Source of the DNA: Dehalococcoidia bacterium
Lineage (GTDB): Bacteria > Chloroflexota > Dehalococcoidia > Plut-88900
Direction of reading: 5' to 3'
Assembly (NCBI GenBank): GCA_965197645.1
Contig: OZ240219.1
Span: 64,001-128,000, forward strand
Length of the DNA: 64,000 bases
The notes under the pieces: generated by a model
The model's input: only the letters and a program-made list of their open reading frames with translations
Database searches by the model: none
Told to the model about the DNA's origin: nothing
Made by a program: the position numbers and the translations under genes
Shown: positions 30,079-39,548 of the stretch, piece after piece
Position numbering within the stretch: position 1 is the stretch's first letter
How the letters are laid out: each line of letters starts with the position of its first letter

Positions 30079-30447
30079 GTGAGCCGTCTGAAGACATACC
30101 TCTGCCTCACCTGTGGGATGGAGGCGGACGGAAGGGGTCAGGGCTTCAGCTGCGAGGGTTGCGGGGGAGCGGCCTTCCTTGTCGGGCCGCTGGACCCACC
30201 TTCGGTGGAGGTGCACCTGAGGAGGATGAGGGTGGATGAAGCGATGCCCAAGCTGGACCGGTACCTGAACACCGCCTTCCTGGCGGGGTTGGCCCAGGTG
30301 CGCATAGTGCACGGAAAGGGGACCGGGACCCTACGGAACGCCGTTGTCGAGGTGCTGGAGAGCAACCCCCTGATCAGGTCGCATAGAGGGGCGGAATTAG
30401 CGGAGGGAGGAGCCGGCGTGACCGTGGCCGAGCTGGCACTGTATTGA
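30079..30447 (+). CDS. Stand-alone Smr domain protein with N-terminal CxxC-CxxC
   Basis: CLTC...CEGC; VRIVHGKGTGTLR; EGGAGVTVAEL. Confidence 0.85.
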   Translation: MSRLKTYLCLTCGMEADGRGQGFSCEGCGGAAFLVGPLDPPSVEVHLRRMRVDEAMPKLDRYLNTAFLAGLAQVRIVHGKGTGTLRNAVVEVLESNPLIRSHRGAELAEGGAGVTVAELALY

Positions 30448-31814
30448 TGGACAGTCCGGACCTATTTGAACACACCTCGAAGGAGCTGAGCAAGCGGAGC
30501 GCGCCGCTAGCGGCGCGGATGCGCCCGCGCACCTTCGATGAGTACGTCGGCCAAGAGCACATAGTCGGTCCGGGACGGGTGCTGAGGACCAGCATCGAGT
30601 CGGACCAGCTGCCTTCGATGATCCTGTGGGGGCCTCCGGGCAGCGGGAAGACGACGCTCGCCCGGATAATCGCCAACGCCACCAGGTCGGACTTCCACCA
30701 GGTCAGTGCTGTAACCTCCGGGGTGGCCGACCTTCGAAAGGTGGTGGCGAAGGCGCGGGACCAGCTGGGGATGTACCAGCGGCGGACGGTATTGTTCATC
30801 GACGAGATTCACCGATTCAACAAGGCGCAGCAGGACGTGATACTGCCGGTGGTGGAGGACGGCACGATCACCCTGATAGGGGCGACTACGGAGAACCCAT
30901 CCTTCGAGGTGATCGCTCCCCTGCTTTCCCGGTCACGGGTGTACTCGTTGGACCCGCTGGACGACGGCCAGACCAGGTCGATTGTGGAGAGGGCGATGGT
31001 CGATGAGGAGCAGGGCATTGGCAGCTGGAAGGTCTCCATCGAGGAAGAGGCGCTGGAGCACCTGGTTATCAGCGCCAACGGGGACGCCCGTATCGCTCTG
31101 AACGGGTTGGAGCTGGCGTCCTCGGCGACCAAGCCCAACGAACAGGGTGAACGTCACGTAGAGCTGCAGACCGTCGAGGAGGCGTTGCAACAACGCTCCT
31201 TCCTCTACGACAAGGCCGGAGACCAACATTTCGACATCATCTCGGCCTTCATCAAGTCGCTTCGAGCCTCAGACCCGGATGCCTCGTTGTATTGGATGGC
31301 AAGGATGCTGGAGGCGGGCGAGGACCCGTTGTACATAGTCCGCCGCATGGTGATACTGGCCGCCGAGGACGTGGGCATGGCCGACCCCCAAGCGCTGGTG
31401 GTCGCTGTGGCGGCGCAGCAGGCGGTCCACTTCGTCGGGATGCCTGAAGGTTTCTTACCTCTGGCCGAAGCGGCTATCTACCTCGCCACAGCGCCCAAGA
31501 GCAACTCGGCGCTTACCAGCTACGGCAGGGCGAAAGAGGACGTGGAGAAGACACGCAATGATCCAGTGCCTATGCACCTGCGAAACCCTGTGACGGGGTT
31601 GATGCAGAAGATGGGGTACGGCAAGGGATACAAGTACGCCCACAGCTACGAAGGCCACCTGGCGGACCAGGTCAACCTGCCGGATAGGCTGGCGGACCGG
31701 CGATACTACCAGCCAACCGATCAGGGCTACGAGGCGCAGGTCGCGGAGCGGATGCGTCGGTGGGAAGAGGAGCGAAGGAAGCAGCGGGGTGGGGACGAAA
31801 AGCCCGGGCTATAG
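30444..31814 (+). CDS. rarA: Replication-associated recombination protein A (RarA/MgsA)
   Basis: PLAARMRP, GPPGSGKT, DEIHRFNKAQQD, GATTENPSFE, SAFIKS, EDVG, PKSN. Confidence 0.95.
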   Translation: MMDSPDLFEHTSKELSKRSAPLAARMRPRTFDEYVGQEHIVGPGRVLRTSIESDQLPSMILWGPPGSGKTTLARIIANATRSDFHQVSAVTSGVADLRKVVAKARDQLGMYQRRTVLFIDEIHRFNKAQQDVILPVVEDGTITLIGATTENPSFEVIAPLLSRSRVYSLDPLDDGQTRSIVERAMVDEEQGIGSWKVSIEEEALEHLVISANGDARIALNGLELASSATKPNEQGERHVELQTVEEALQQRSFLYDKAGDQHFDIISAFIKSLRASDPDASLYWMARMLEAGEDPLYIVRRMVILAAEDVGMADPQALVVAVAAQQAVHFVGMPEGFLPLAEAAIYLATAPKSNSALTSYGRAKEDVEKTRNDPVPMHLRNPVTGLMQKMGYGKGYKYAHSYEGHLADQVNLPDRLADRRYYQPTDQGYEAQVAERMRRWEEERRKQRGGDEKPGL

Positions 31815-31830
31815 CTGGGCGCCGAACGGG

Positions 31831-32796
31831 TTAGCCCCGGTCTACGTGAGGCATGATGTCCTCGGCTATGATGTCCAGCACGTCCATATCGTCGTAGTCG
31901 AATAGCTGTAGCATGAACCGCTCGCAGCCGGCCTCCTCGTACTGCTGCAGCTTCTCAACGACCTGAGCAGGGGTGCCGACGAGCCTGCCCTGCTCGGTTA
32001 GAGATTCGGGGGTGGCACCAGCCATGCGGGGACTCTTTGTCATTATCCCAGCCACCTTCTCGATGCGGGACTTGAGCTCTCCATCGGTACGGCCGGTGAA
32101 CAGTGTGATCATCAGAGAGCAACGAACGGAGTCCGGGTCCCTGCCATAGCTCTGGCAGAGGTCGCGCAGCAGCTGTCGTCTCTCCTTGAACTCGTCCGGT
32201 GTCTGAGATGTGCCGTTCCATTCATTTCCGTACTTGGCGGCCAGGGGTATGGTACGTTTCTTGCCATTTCCGCCAACGACTATGGGAGGGTAGGGGTCCT
32301 GCGCGGGCTTGGGATAGGAGGTTATGTCCTCCAACTGGTAATGCTTGCCATTGTAGTTGACGTTGTCCTCGGTCCAGGTGGCGATGGTGAGCTGCAGGGA
32401 CTCCTCCAGCCGTTCGAAGCGTTCGGCCATGTTGGGATAGGGAACGCCGAAGGCGGCGTGCTCTCCATCGTGCCAGCCTGCGCCCAGACCAAACTCCAAA
32501 CGGCCGTTGGAGAGCTGGTCTATACAGGCGGCCATCTTGGCCAGGACGGCGGGGTGCCGGAAGGTGATGGGTGTTACCAGGGGGCCGAAACGAAGCCTGG
32601 AGGTACGGTCGGCGAGGGTGGCCAGGGATATCCACGCTTCCGAGGCTTCGGAGGTGTCGTCGCTGACGTCCGGTATGAGGTGATCGGACCTCCAGATGGA
32701 CTCGAAGCCGAGGGCTTCAGTGCGCTCGGCCACGCGATGCCAGCGTTCCCAGGTGAGGTCCTCCTGGCCTTCGATCATGATGCCCAGTTTAGCCAT
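31831..32796 (-). CDS. LLM class (probably F420-dependent) oxidoreductase
   Basis: IEGQE, WRSDH, FRHPAVLAKMA..IDQLSNGRLEFGLGAGW; ATG 32796 after GGAGGAG. Confidence 0.9.
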   Translation of the reverse strand: MAKLGIMIEGQEDLTWERWHRVAERTEALGFESIWRSDHLIPDVSDDTSEASEAWISLATLADRTSRLRFGPLVTPITFRHPAVLAKMAACIDQLSNGRLEFGLGAGWHDGEHAAFGVPYPNMAERFERLEESLQLTIATWTEDNVNYNGKHYQLEDITSYPKPAQDPYPPIVVGGNGKKRTIPLAAKYGNEWNGTSQTPDEFKERRQLLRDLCQSYGRDPDSVRCSLMITLFTGRTDGELKSRIEKVAGIMTKSPRMAGATPESLTEQGRLVGTPAQVVEKLQQYEEAGCERFMLQLFDYDDMDVLDIIAEDIMPHVDRG

Positions 32797-32881
32797 GGTT
32801 TGCTCCTCCCTTACCAAGAGGGTGTGAATAGCAGGATGACAGAAGTGCGGGCGCTCAACGGTTGGACGCTGCCGGCTGGGC

Positions 32882-33928
32882 CTATTCCATGACGTCTCGG
32901 AAGGCCTCGATGGAGCGGTGAATGTCGTCCTCTTCGATGCCGTAGTGGGTCACCAATCGAAGGTTGCCGCCGCCCCTGTCCATGGTCTTGACGTTGTGTC
33001 CTGCCAGGGCCTCGACAATTCCGTTGGAGGGTTGCCTCTCCACCTCGACCATGACCATGTTCGAGTGCACCTTCTCCAGCTCGATATTGAGGCCCGGTAT
33101 CTCGGCCAGCCCGTCGGCCAGGCTGCGGGCGTTGGAGTGGTCCTCGGCCATCCTATCGATCATCGTCTCCAGGGCTACCACCCCAGCGGCGGCGATGACT
33201 CCTGCCTGCCGCATGCTTCCACCCAGCCCCTTTCTGATCCGGCGGGCCTTCTCTATGAACTCTTCACTGCCACAAACCACCGATCCGACGGGGCAGGACA
33301 GGCCTTTGGATAGGCAGAAGGTGACGGAGTCGAAGTGACTGGCGATCTCCTTGACATCGGTGTTGGTAGCTACGGCGGCGTTGAAGATTCGAGCCCCATC
33401 CAGATGCATGGGTAGGTCGTGTCGCTTGGCCACCTGGGAAACGGGGGCGATGTCTTCGGGGGTCAGCGCAGCGCCGCCGCATAGATTATGGGTGTTCTCC
33501 ATGCAGATCAGCGCAGTGTGGGGGAAGTGGACGTTGCCGGGGCGGATCGCCTCCTCCACGTCTGCCGGGTCCAGCCGGCCCTGCTCGTCGTTGGGGACGG
33601 TGAATACGTGAACACCACCATAGACCGAAACGGAGCCGGCCTCGTACCGAAAGCTGTGGGCCTTGTTGCCCAGTATCACCTCGTCTCCCCGCTGGCAGTG
33701 GGCAAGGACGCTCACCAGGTTGCCCTGGGTGCCGCTGGAGACCATTACGGCAGCCTCTTTGCCCAGCTTCTCGGCAGCCATGGCCTCCAGCTTGTTGACG
33801 GTGGGGTCCTCGCCGAAGACATCGTCGCCCAGCTCGGCCGACATCATCGCCTCCCGCATCTCGGGAGTGGGAAGGGTAACGGTATCACTTCGAAAGTCGA
33901 TGACTTTGTCGCTGCTGTTGGCGGGCAT
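32882..33928 (-). CDS. ltaE: Low-specificity L-threonine aldolase
   Basis: DFRSDTVT, GDDVFGEDPTV, ENTHN, HLDGARIFNA, CLSKGL. Confidence 0.95.
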   Translation of the reverse strand: MPANSSDKVIDFRSDTVTLPTPEMREAMMSAELGDDVFGEDPTVNKLEAMAAEKLGKEAAVMVSSGTQGNLVSVLAHCQRGDEVILGNKAHSFRYEAGSVSVYGGVHVFTVPNDEQGRLDPADVEEAIRPGNVHFPHTALICMENTHNLCGGAALTPEDIAPVSQVAKRHDLPMHLDGARIFNAAVATNTDVKEIASHFDSVTFCLSKGLSCPVGSVVCGSEEFIEKARRIRKGLGGSMRQAGVIAAAGVVALETMIDRMAEDHSNARSLADGLAEIPGLNIELEKVHSNMVMVEVERQPSNGIVEALAGHNVKTMDRGGGNLRLVTHYGIEEDDIHRSIEAFRDVME

Positions 33929-34074
33929 AGGAGCGCCTCCTGCCGGAAAGTGGGTTCATTCTAGCATCGGGCGTTGCCAAAGGCTAGAAGAGGCACTATG
34001 ATGCGCGGCGCCGCTGAGCTAACGAGGCCCCTGGGGCATGGGAGTATCTATATGCCGGACAAGGCAGGAATGAG

Positions 34075-34713
34075 ATGAAATTTGTACGAACCCGGGTAAC
34101 GTTTCAGAGCAACGAGCTGGTTCTGGAGGGAATCGTGACCCACGGGGAGGTCCCCTGTCCGGGCGTGGTGGTGTGCCATCCCCATCCCCTCTATGGGGGC
34201 GACATGGACAACCTGGTGGTGACAACGGTCTGCAGCGAGCTCGAGAAGAGGGGTATCGCCAGTCTGAGGTTTAACTTTCGGGGGGTGGGGCGAAGCCAGG
34301 GGGACTACGACGAAGGCATCGGTGAGACCGATGACCTGCGGGCGGCCGTCTCCTTTCTCGCCGGCAGCGATGGGATTACGCCGGAGTGTATCGGAGTGGC
34401 CGGCTACTCCTTCGGAGCTACGGTGGCGATGGACGCGGCGGCCACGGATGAGAGGGTCAAGGCACAGGCGGCGATTTCGATACCGCTGATCGGCGAGGAA
34501 CCGAGTCCCCCAACCGACTTATCGGGGCCCAGCCTGCTGATCGCGGGGAACAGGGACCAGTTCGCGCCCGTCGAGAGGCTGGAGAAGCTGGCCGGCGGCA
34601 TGACGGGCCCGGCCGAATGCCGGATCGTCGAAGGGGCGGACCACTTCTGGGGGCCTCTACTGGGTGAGATGGGCGAGGCGGTCGGCGAGTTTTTCTCAAA
34701 GCACCTGGGGTGA
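34075..34713 (+). CDS. Alpha/beta hydrolase (KANSL3/COG2945-like)
   Basis: CHPHPLYGGDMDN, RFNFRGVGRS, GYSFG, GADHF. Confidence 0.88.
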   Translation: MKFVRTRVTFQSNELVLEGIVTHGEVPCPGVVVCHPHPLYGGDMDNLVVTTVCSELEKRGIASLRFNFRGVGRSQGDYDEGIGETDDLRAAVSFLAGSDGITPECIGVAGYSFGATVAMDAAATDERVKAQAAISIPLIGEEPSPPTDLSGPSLLIAGNRDQFAPVERLEKLAGGMTGPAECRIVEGADHFWGPLLGEMGEAVGEFFSKHLG

Positions 34714-34885
34714 TTTGCGGGCCTAGACGAAGGGGAATCCACTAACCAACCGCACTTCGATGGGCCCAATGGGAACGGCACCGGGTGCTCCGTCCCGACT
34801 TTTTCGCTCTGCAGGCCAGATTCGGAATGACGGAGGATACCGCAGCCTGTCTTAGACAAGGATTGTTACCTCGTTTTCGCTGGCA

Positions 34886-35284
34886 CTAAGGTTTCTTAGC
34901 GACCCGGAAATGCAGTGTGTGAACTTCAGTGCCGTCAACGAGCCAGCTTACCTGGTAGTCGCCGAATTTCTCTAACTGTATACCATACAAACCGTTGATG
35001 ATTCGATGAGTTCGGTAGTTCATCCCCTCGGCGGGTTCCTTGATATTTATCTTATCGGCTAACGGCGGAATGATATCGTTGGCGTCAGCATCTTGCACAT
35101 GCAGCTCCAGCGTTCTTTCCTTTTGAGTTTCGTTGGGAGCGAACTTCAAGGCGAGAACAGTAAAGAGCTGTGGGTGAACTGCTGGCACAGCTGTGGCATA
35201 GATGGAGTCAATCCCGATTCCTACTGCCGTGAGCTTGTTACCAGAGTCTGCATAGTCGCAGAGGAATGCATATTCTACGTTCAT
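34886..35284 (-). CDS. Hypothetical beta-rich protein (DUF6941-like), third gene of the hicAB module
   Basis: AFLCDYA..NKL...GI.ID, G.Y.V...VDG C-terminus; starts 5 nt after hicB stop; family call from memory. Confidence 0.6.
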   Translation of the reverse strand: MNVEYAFLCDYADSGNKLTAVGIGIDSIYATAVPAVHPQLFTVLALKFAPNETQKERTLELHVQDADANDIIPPLADKINIKEPAEGMNYRTHRIINGLYGIQLEKFGDYQVSWLVDGTEVHTLHFRVAKKP

Positions 35285-35289
35285 GGACG

Positions 35290-35559
35290 TTAAGCTGTGC
35301 CGGTCCCTGCTGAAGGCCAGATGGTGACTTGGGAGGGAGCATTTGGAATGCTGGTTCTGGAGTTGTCACGGATTGCCTCCATCGCCTCGTGCATATTTGC
35401 TCGCAGTTCAGCAAGCGTCTCGCCCTGTGAGACACAACCGGGCATCTCAACTACTTCACCCCAGTAGCCAGTTTCTCCTTCCCCACTTTCGTGTACCAGA
35501 ATGGTGAATCCCAACAAGTTGACCCTGGTTTCTGATTCATCTCGCAAGGTAGTGGCCAT
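35290..35559 (-). CDS. hicB: HicB-like antitoxin (short, with C-terminal tail)
   Basis: GYWGEVVEMPGCVSQGETLAELRANMHEA; AGGAGG RBS. Confidence 0.85.
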   Translation of the reverse strand: MATTLRDESETRVNLLGFTILVHESGEGETGYWGEVVEMPGCVSQGETLAELRANMHEAMEAIRDNSRTSIPNAPSQVTIWPSAGTGTA

Positions 35560-35584
35560 CGTCCTCCTCCTAATCGGGCTGTGT

Positions 35585-35800
35585 CTAAACGTTCTCTAAG
35601 AATTCGCGCTCATTTCTACCTGATAAATGAATGAGCCTCTTGAGCAGTCCGATCTTTAGAACGCCGGCAGGCACCGAGAGATTGTATCCGTTCAAGTTTA
35701 CAACGCGGTGGCTACCTTTGCCTTTACGCTCTTCGCCGCCCAACCGAACTAAGGCTTTCACCGCGTCTTTCTGACGTATGTTTCTCAGCGATGGCGTCAC
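35585..35800 (-). CDS. hicA: HicA-family toxin
   Basis: KDAVKAL.RLG....GKGSH...SVP...LKIGLLK.LI..SG....EF; probable GTG start 35800. Confidence 0.8.
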   Translation of the reverse strand: MTPSLRNIRQKDAVKALVRLGGEERKGKGSHRVVNLNGYNLSVPAGVLKIGLLKRLIHLSGRNEREFLENV

Positions 35801-35969
35801 AAGGATCAATGTCCAGTGAGTTGGAGCATTATACGCAGACGCTGAATACACCCACAATAGCTCGTTACACTTACAATTCCAGGGTTTCTAACCGCCGCAC
35901 TACCGGATACTCCCTCGTTGGCCGCCGAATCGGCGCCATGCTAGACTAGATTTATCGAGCCGAAACGAT

Positions 35970-36476
35970 ATGCAGATGGACGCAATATCAACGCCGAACT
36001 GGCCCAGGGACCTCCTGCTGCTCTTCCTATCCCTATCGGTCCTGGGCTTGGACCAGCTTACCAAATACCTGGTTCGTACCTACATGTACGTCGGCCAGTC
36101 GATACCCGAGGATGCTCCGGTCCAACTCACTTACATACGTAACAGCGGAAGTGCGTTCGGGTTGTTTACGGGCCAGACCTTCGTGTTGACCATAGTGGCC
36201 TTTCTGGGGGTAGGGATCATCGGCTATTTTCTGCTGAGGGGAGGCAGGTCCAGTTTGCCGTTGAGCATCAGCCTGTCGCTCCAGCTGGGAGGGGCCATCG
36301 GCAATATCATAGACCGGATAGCTTACGGTTATGTCATCGATTTCATAGACGTCAACGTGTGGCCTATCTTCAACGTAGCCGACTCCTCGATCACTCTAGG
36401 ATTCATCCTGTTGGCCTGGACCCTGCTGTTCCACAAGGACAGGAAAGTGAAGCCGAAAGATGCTTCGGCAAGCTAG
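35970..36476 (+). CDS. lspA: Lipoprotein signal peptidase II
   Basis: DQLTK, NSGSAFG, GAIGNIIDR, VIDF, WPIFNVADS. Confidence 0.95.
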   Translation: MQMDAISTPNWPRDLLLLFLSLSVLGLDQLTKYLVRTYMYVGQSIPEDAPVQLTYIRNSGSAFGLFTGQTFVLTIVAFLGVGIIGYFLLRGGRSSLPLSISLSLQLGGAIGNIIDRIAYGYVIDFIDVNVWPIFNVADSSITLGFILLAWTLLFHKDRKVKPKDASAS

Positions 36477-37368
36477 CCCGACCCGCTGGAGTATTGTGGC
36501 CGAGGAGCCGGGCAGCCGTCTCGACCGATACCTGTCGAAGCTGCACCCGGACCGGTCCCGATCATACATCCAAAAGCTGATCATCGATGGATACGTCAGG
36601 GTGAACGGTGGATTGAGCCGGGCAAACGCGAAGGTCAAGCAGGGCGATCGGATAGAGGTTGCCTTTCCACGCGATTCCGTCGAGAGCCTGAAGCCTGCAT
36701 CGATACCACTATCGGTCGTCTACGAGGACGAGGATGTCCTCGTCGTGGACAAGCCCCCCGGCATATCGACCCATCCGGGGTCGGGAAGCCAAAACGGTAC
36801 CCTGGCCAACGGCCTGCTGGCTCGCTATCCGGACCTGGGGGGAGTAGGCAACCCGCAACGTCCCGGCATAGTCCACCGGCTGGACAAAGACACCTCGGGG
36901 TTGTTGATAGTGGCCAAATCGAACGCAGCGTTGGAAGGTCTGTCTCGACAGTTCAAGGCCCGCTCCGTGACCAAAAGGTACATCACCCTAGTGAAGGGTA
37001 GAGTGGAGTCTGATGAGGGCGTGATCGAGGCGCCCATCGGCAGAAGCGCGAAACACAGGAAGCGGATGGCCGTGGTGACCGAGGGCCGGCAGTCGGTCAC
37101 CCGGTACAAGGTGTTGAAGAGGCTGGAAGAGCACACGCTGCTGGAGGTATCGCCCAAGACGGGACGGACGCACCAGGTAAGGGTACACCTGGCCGCGATA
37201 GGCCACCCGGTCGCCGGGGACACCACCTACGGATCCCGACACCCGGCCCTGGAGAGGCAGTTCCTTCACGCCTCGTTTCTGGGGTTTCAGCATCCGGTGA
37301 CAGATGAGCGGATAGAGCTGACTTCAGAGCTCCCGGACGACCTGAATCCGGCGCTGTCCCCGTGTTAG
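36460..37368 (+). CDS. rluD: RluD-like 23S rRNA pseudouridine synthase
   Basis: S4 domain RLDRYL...SRS, VDKPPG, GIVHRLDKDTSG, TGRTHQVRVH, QFLHA. Confidence 0.9.
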   Translation: MLRQASPTRWSIVAEEPGSRLDRYLSKLHPDRSRSYIQKLIIDGYVRVNGGLSRANAKVKQGDRIEVAFPRDSVESLKPASIPLSVVYEDEDVLVVDKPPGISTHPGSGSQNGTLANGLLARYPDLGGVGNPQRPGIVHRLDKDTSGLLIVAKSNAALEGLSRQFKARSVTKRYITLVKGRVESDEGVIEAPIGRSAKHRKRMAVVTEGRQSVTRYKVLKRLEEHTLLEVSPKTGRTHQVRVHLAAIGHPVAGDTTYGSRHPALERQFLHASFLGFQHPVTDERIELTSELPDDLNPALSPC

Positions 37369-37386
37369 AATGCTTCGGTTAACGCT

Positions 37387-38865
37387 ATGACATCTCCGGT
37401 AAGAGTCAGATACGCACCAAGTCCGACAGGGCTGCCCCATGTGGGCAACATTCGTACCGCCCTGTTCAACTGGCTGTTTGCTCGCCACAATGACGGTGTG
37501 TTCGTGGTCCGGATCGAGGACACGGATGCAACCAGAAAGGTGGATGGGGCGGTCGAAGCGACTCTTGACGGTCTTCGATGGCTGAAGCTGGACTGGGACG
37601 AAGGGCCTGAGGTGGGGGGCGAGTACGGCCCGTATTTTCAGTCGGAGCGGCTGGACCTGTACCACAGATACTCGGAGCAGCTAACTGGACAGGGCTTGGC
37701 CTACACCTGCTATTGCTCTTCACAGCGGCTGGCAGAGATGCGGAAAGAGCAGCAGCGCAGGAAGGAACCTCCCCGGTACGACCGGAAGTGCCGGGGTCTG
37801 AACGAGGCCGAGAAGCGGGCCGCCGGGGACGTGAGCACCCCCGTGGTCAGGTTCAAGGTGCCCCTGGGAGAGTCGGTTACCTTTACCGACCTGGTCCGAG
37901 AGGAGGTCACCTTCGAGACCGACGTGCTGGACGACTTCGTGATAATGAAATCGGACGGGTACCCGACCTACCACCTGGCCAACGTGGTGGACGACCATTT
38001 CATGGAGATATCCCACGTGATGAGGGCCGAGGAGTGGCTTTCCAGCACCCCCAGGCATCTTCTGCTGTACCACGCTTTGGGGTTCCAGCCGCCCGAGTTC
38101 GCGCACCTGCCCATGATCCTGGGGCCGGATAGGTCCAAGATGAGCAAGAGGCACGGCTCCACGGCGCTGCCCGAGTACGAGGAGCAGGGCTATCTGATCG
38201 AGGCGATGATCAACTTTCTATCGTTGCTGGGCTGGGCGCTGGACGATAGGACGGAGCTGCTCAACCTGGACCAGCTGATCGAGCATTTCACCATAGAGCG
38301 GGTGGGGAAGACGGGGGCTATCTTCGACGCCGACAAACTGAACTGGATGAACGGTGTCTACATTCGAAAGCTGTCGGTGGACGAGCTGGTGGAAAGGGGG
38401 CTTCCTTTTCTCGAAAGAGACCTGTCCCCCAAAGTGCCTAGGCTTCTGGACCGGGAATACGTGGCCAGGATAGTGCCGCTGGTGCAGGACCGCGCCAGGA
38501 CCCTGGGAGAGCTGGCAGACCTGATGGAGTTCTTCTTCCTTGAGCTGGAGTACGATCCGGCTCTGCTGGTGCCGAAGAAGATGGACGGCGCCGGGGCGTT
38601 GCAAGCCCTGCTAACGGCGGAGGAAAGGCTCGGGGGTTTGGCGTCCTTCGACCAGGGAAGTTTGGAAGATTTGCTGAGGCCGTTGGCCGAGGAGCTGGGG
38701 GTGAAGACGGGACAGCTGTTCGGCGCGCTAAGGGTGGCTACAACCGGCCGGACGGCCGCTCCACCCCTTTTCGAGACGATGGAGGTACTCGGAAAGACGC
38801 GATGCATGGAACGGATAGAGAGGGCCATACGACTGTTGAAGGGGTCCGCTCCCAGTGGGGCTTAG
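37387..38865 (+). CDS. gltX: Glutamate--tRNA ligase
   Basis: RYAPSPTG.PHVGN, RIEDTD, PTYHLANVVDDH, KMSKR. Confidence 0.97.
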   Translation: MTSPVRVRYAPSPTGLPHVGNIRTALFNWLFARHNDGVFVVRIEDTDATRKVDGAVEATLDGLRWLKLDWDEGPEVGGEYGPYFQSERLDLYHRYSEQLTGQGLAYTCYCSSQRLAEMRKEQQRRKEPPRYDRKCRGLNEAEKRAAGDVSTPVVRFKVPLGESVTFTDLVREEVTFETDVLDDFVIMKSDGYPTYHLANVVDDHFMEISHVMRAEEWLSSTPRHLLLYHALGFQPPEFAHLPMILGPDRSKMSKRHGSTALPEYEEQGYLIEAMINFLSLLGWALDDRTELLNLDQLIEHFTIERVGKTGAIFDADKLNWMNGVYIRKLSVDELVERGLPFLERDLSPKVPRLLDREYVARIVPLVQDRARTLGELADLMEFFFLELEYDPALLVPKKMDGAGALQALLTAEERLGGLASFDQGSLEDLLRPLAEELGVKTGQLFGALRVATTGRTAAPPLFETMEVLGKTRCMERIERAIRLLKGSAPSGA

Positions 38866-38881
38866 AAACGGAGAAGCGTCA

Positions 38882-39346
38882 ATGGCGGCAGCAACCATGT
38901 GCGGCGTGCACAAGCTGATCTCGGATGTGTCGGTGTTGGCGGAGAGCAAGGTGCTGATGGTCAGGTACGCCGACACCGAAAAGCACGATAACCAGCAGGG
39001 TTGGTTCCTGCCGGACACTCTGCTCTCGGACCTGGAGCATCCTGATGAGGCGGCCCGGAGAGTGCTGACGGATGATCTCGGGCTGGCCGAGCCTTCGGCT
39101 GAGCTAGGCGATATCGAGTCGTTCAAGGGAAACGATGGCACGTGGCACCTGGCCTTCCACTACACGGCAAAGCTGTACGGGCCAATCGAGCTACCGCCTA
39201 AGGACAAGGTAAGGGAGAGTAAGTGGTTCCCCCTGGACCGGCTACCGCCCAGATCGGAGGTGGCGCACCACGGATGGGCGCTGGGGGTGCTGAAGAGGAT
39301 CACCTCGGACTCGCTTGCGCTTGACGGGCGCGTTCTGGCAGAATAG
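38882..39346 (+). CDS. NUDIX hydrolase (degenerate Nudix box)
   Basis: GWFLPD...LEHPDEAARRVLTDDLG, WFPLDRLP. Confidence 0.7.
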   Translation: MAAATMCGVHKLISDVSVLAESKVLMVRYADTEKHDNQQGWFLPDTLLSDLEHPDEAARRVLTDDLGLAEPSAELGDIESFKGNDGTWHLAFHYTAKLYGPIELPPKDKVRESKWFPLDRLPPRSEVAHHGWALGVLKRITSDSLALDGRVLAE

Positions 39347-39356
39347 TCGGTAGAGT

Positions 39357-39430
39357 TGGGGAATCGTCTAGTGGTAGGACAACGGACTCTGGATCCGTAA
39401 GCCCTGGTTCGAATCCAGGTTCCCCAGCCA
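39357..39430 (+). tRNA. tRNA-Gln(CTG)
   Basis: Acceptor TGGGGAA/TTCCCCA, anticodon arm ACGGA-CTCTGGA-TCCGT, GGTTCGAATCC, encoded CCA. Confidence 0.96.
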
Positions 39431-39548
39431 ACTTTTTCTCAGATTTTTCAACTTACAAAGAGCCAGTAGCAATAGGAGTCAGCACTCGGTGACCAAGCTG
39501 TTTCGGCGCCTTGAGGCAACCGAGTCGAAAAGTACCTAGATCAGAGCT

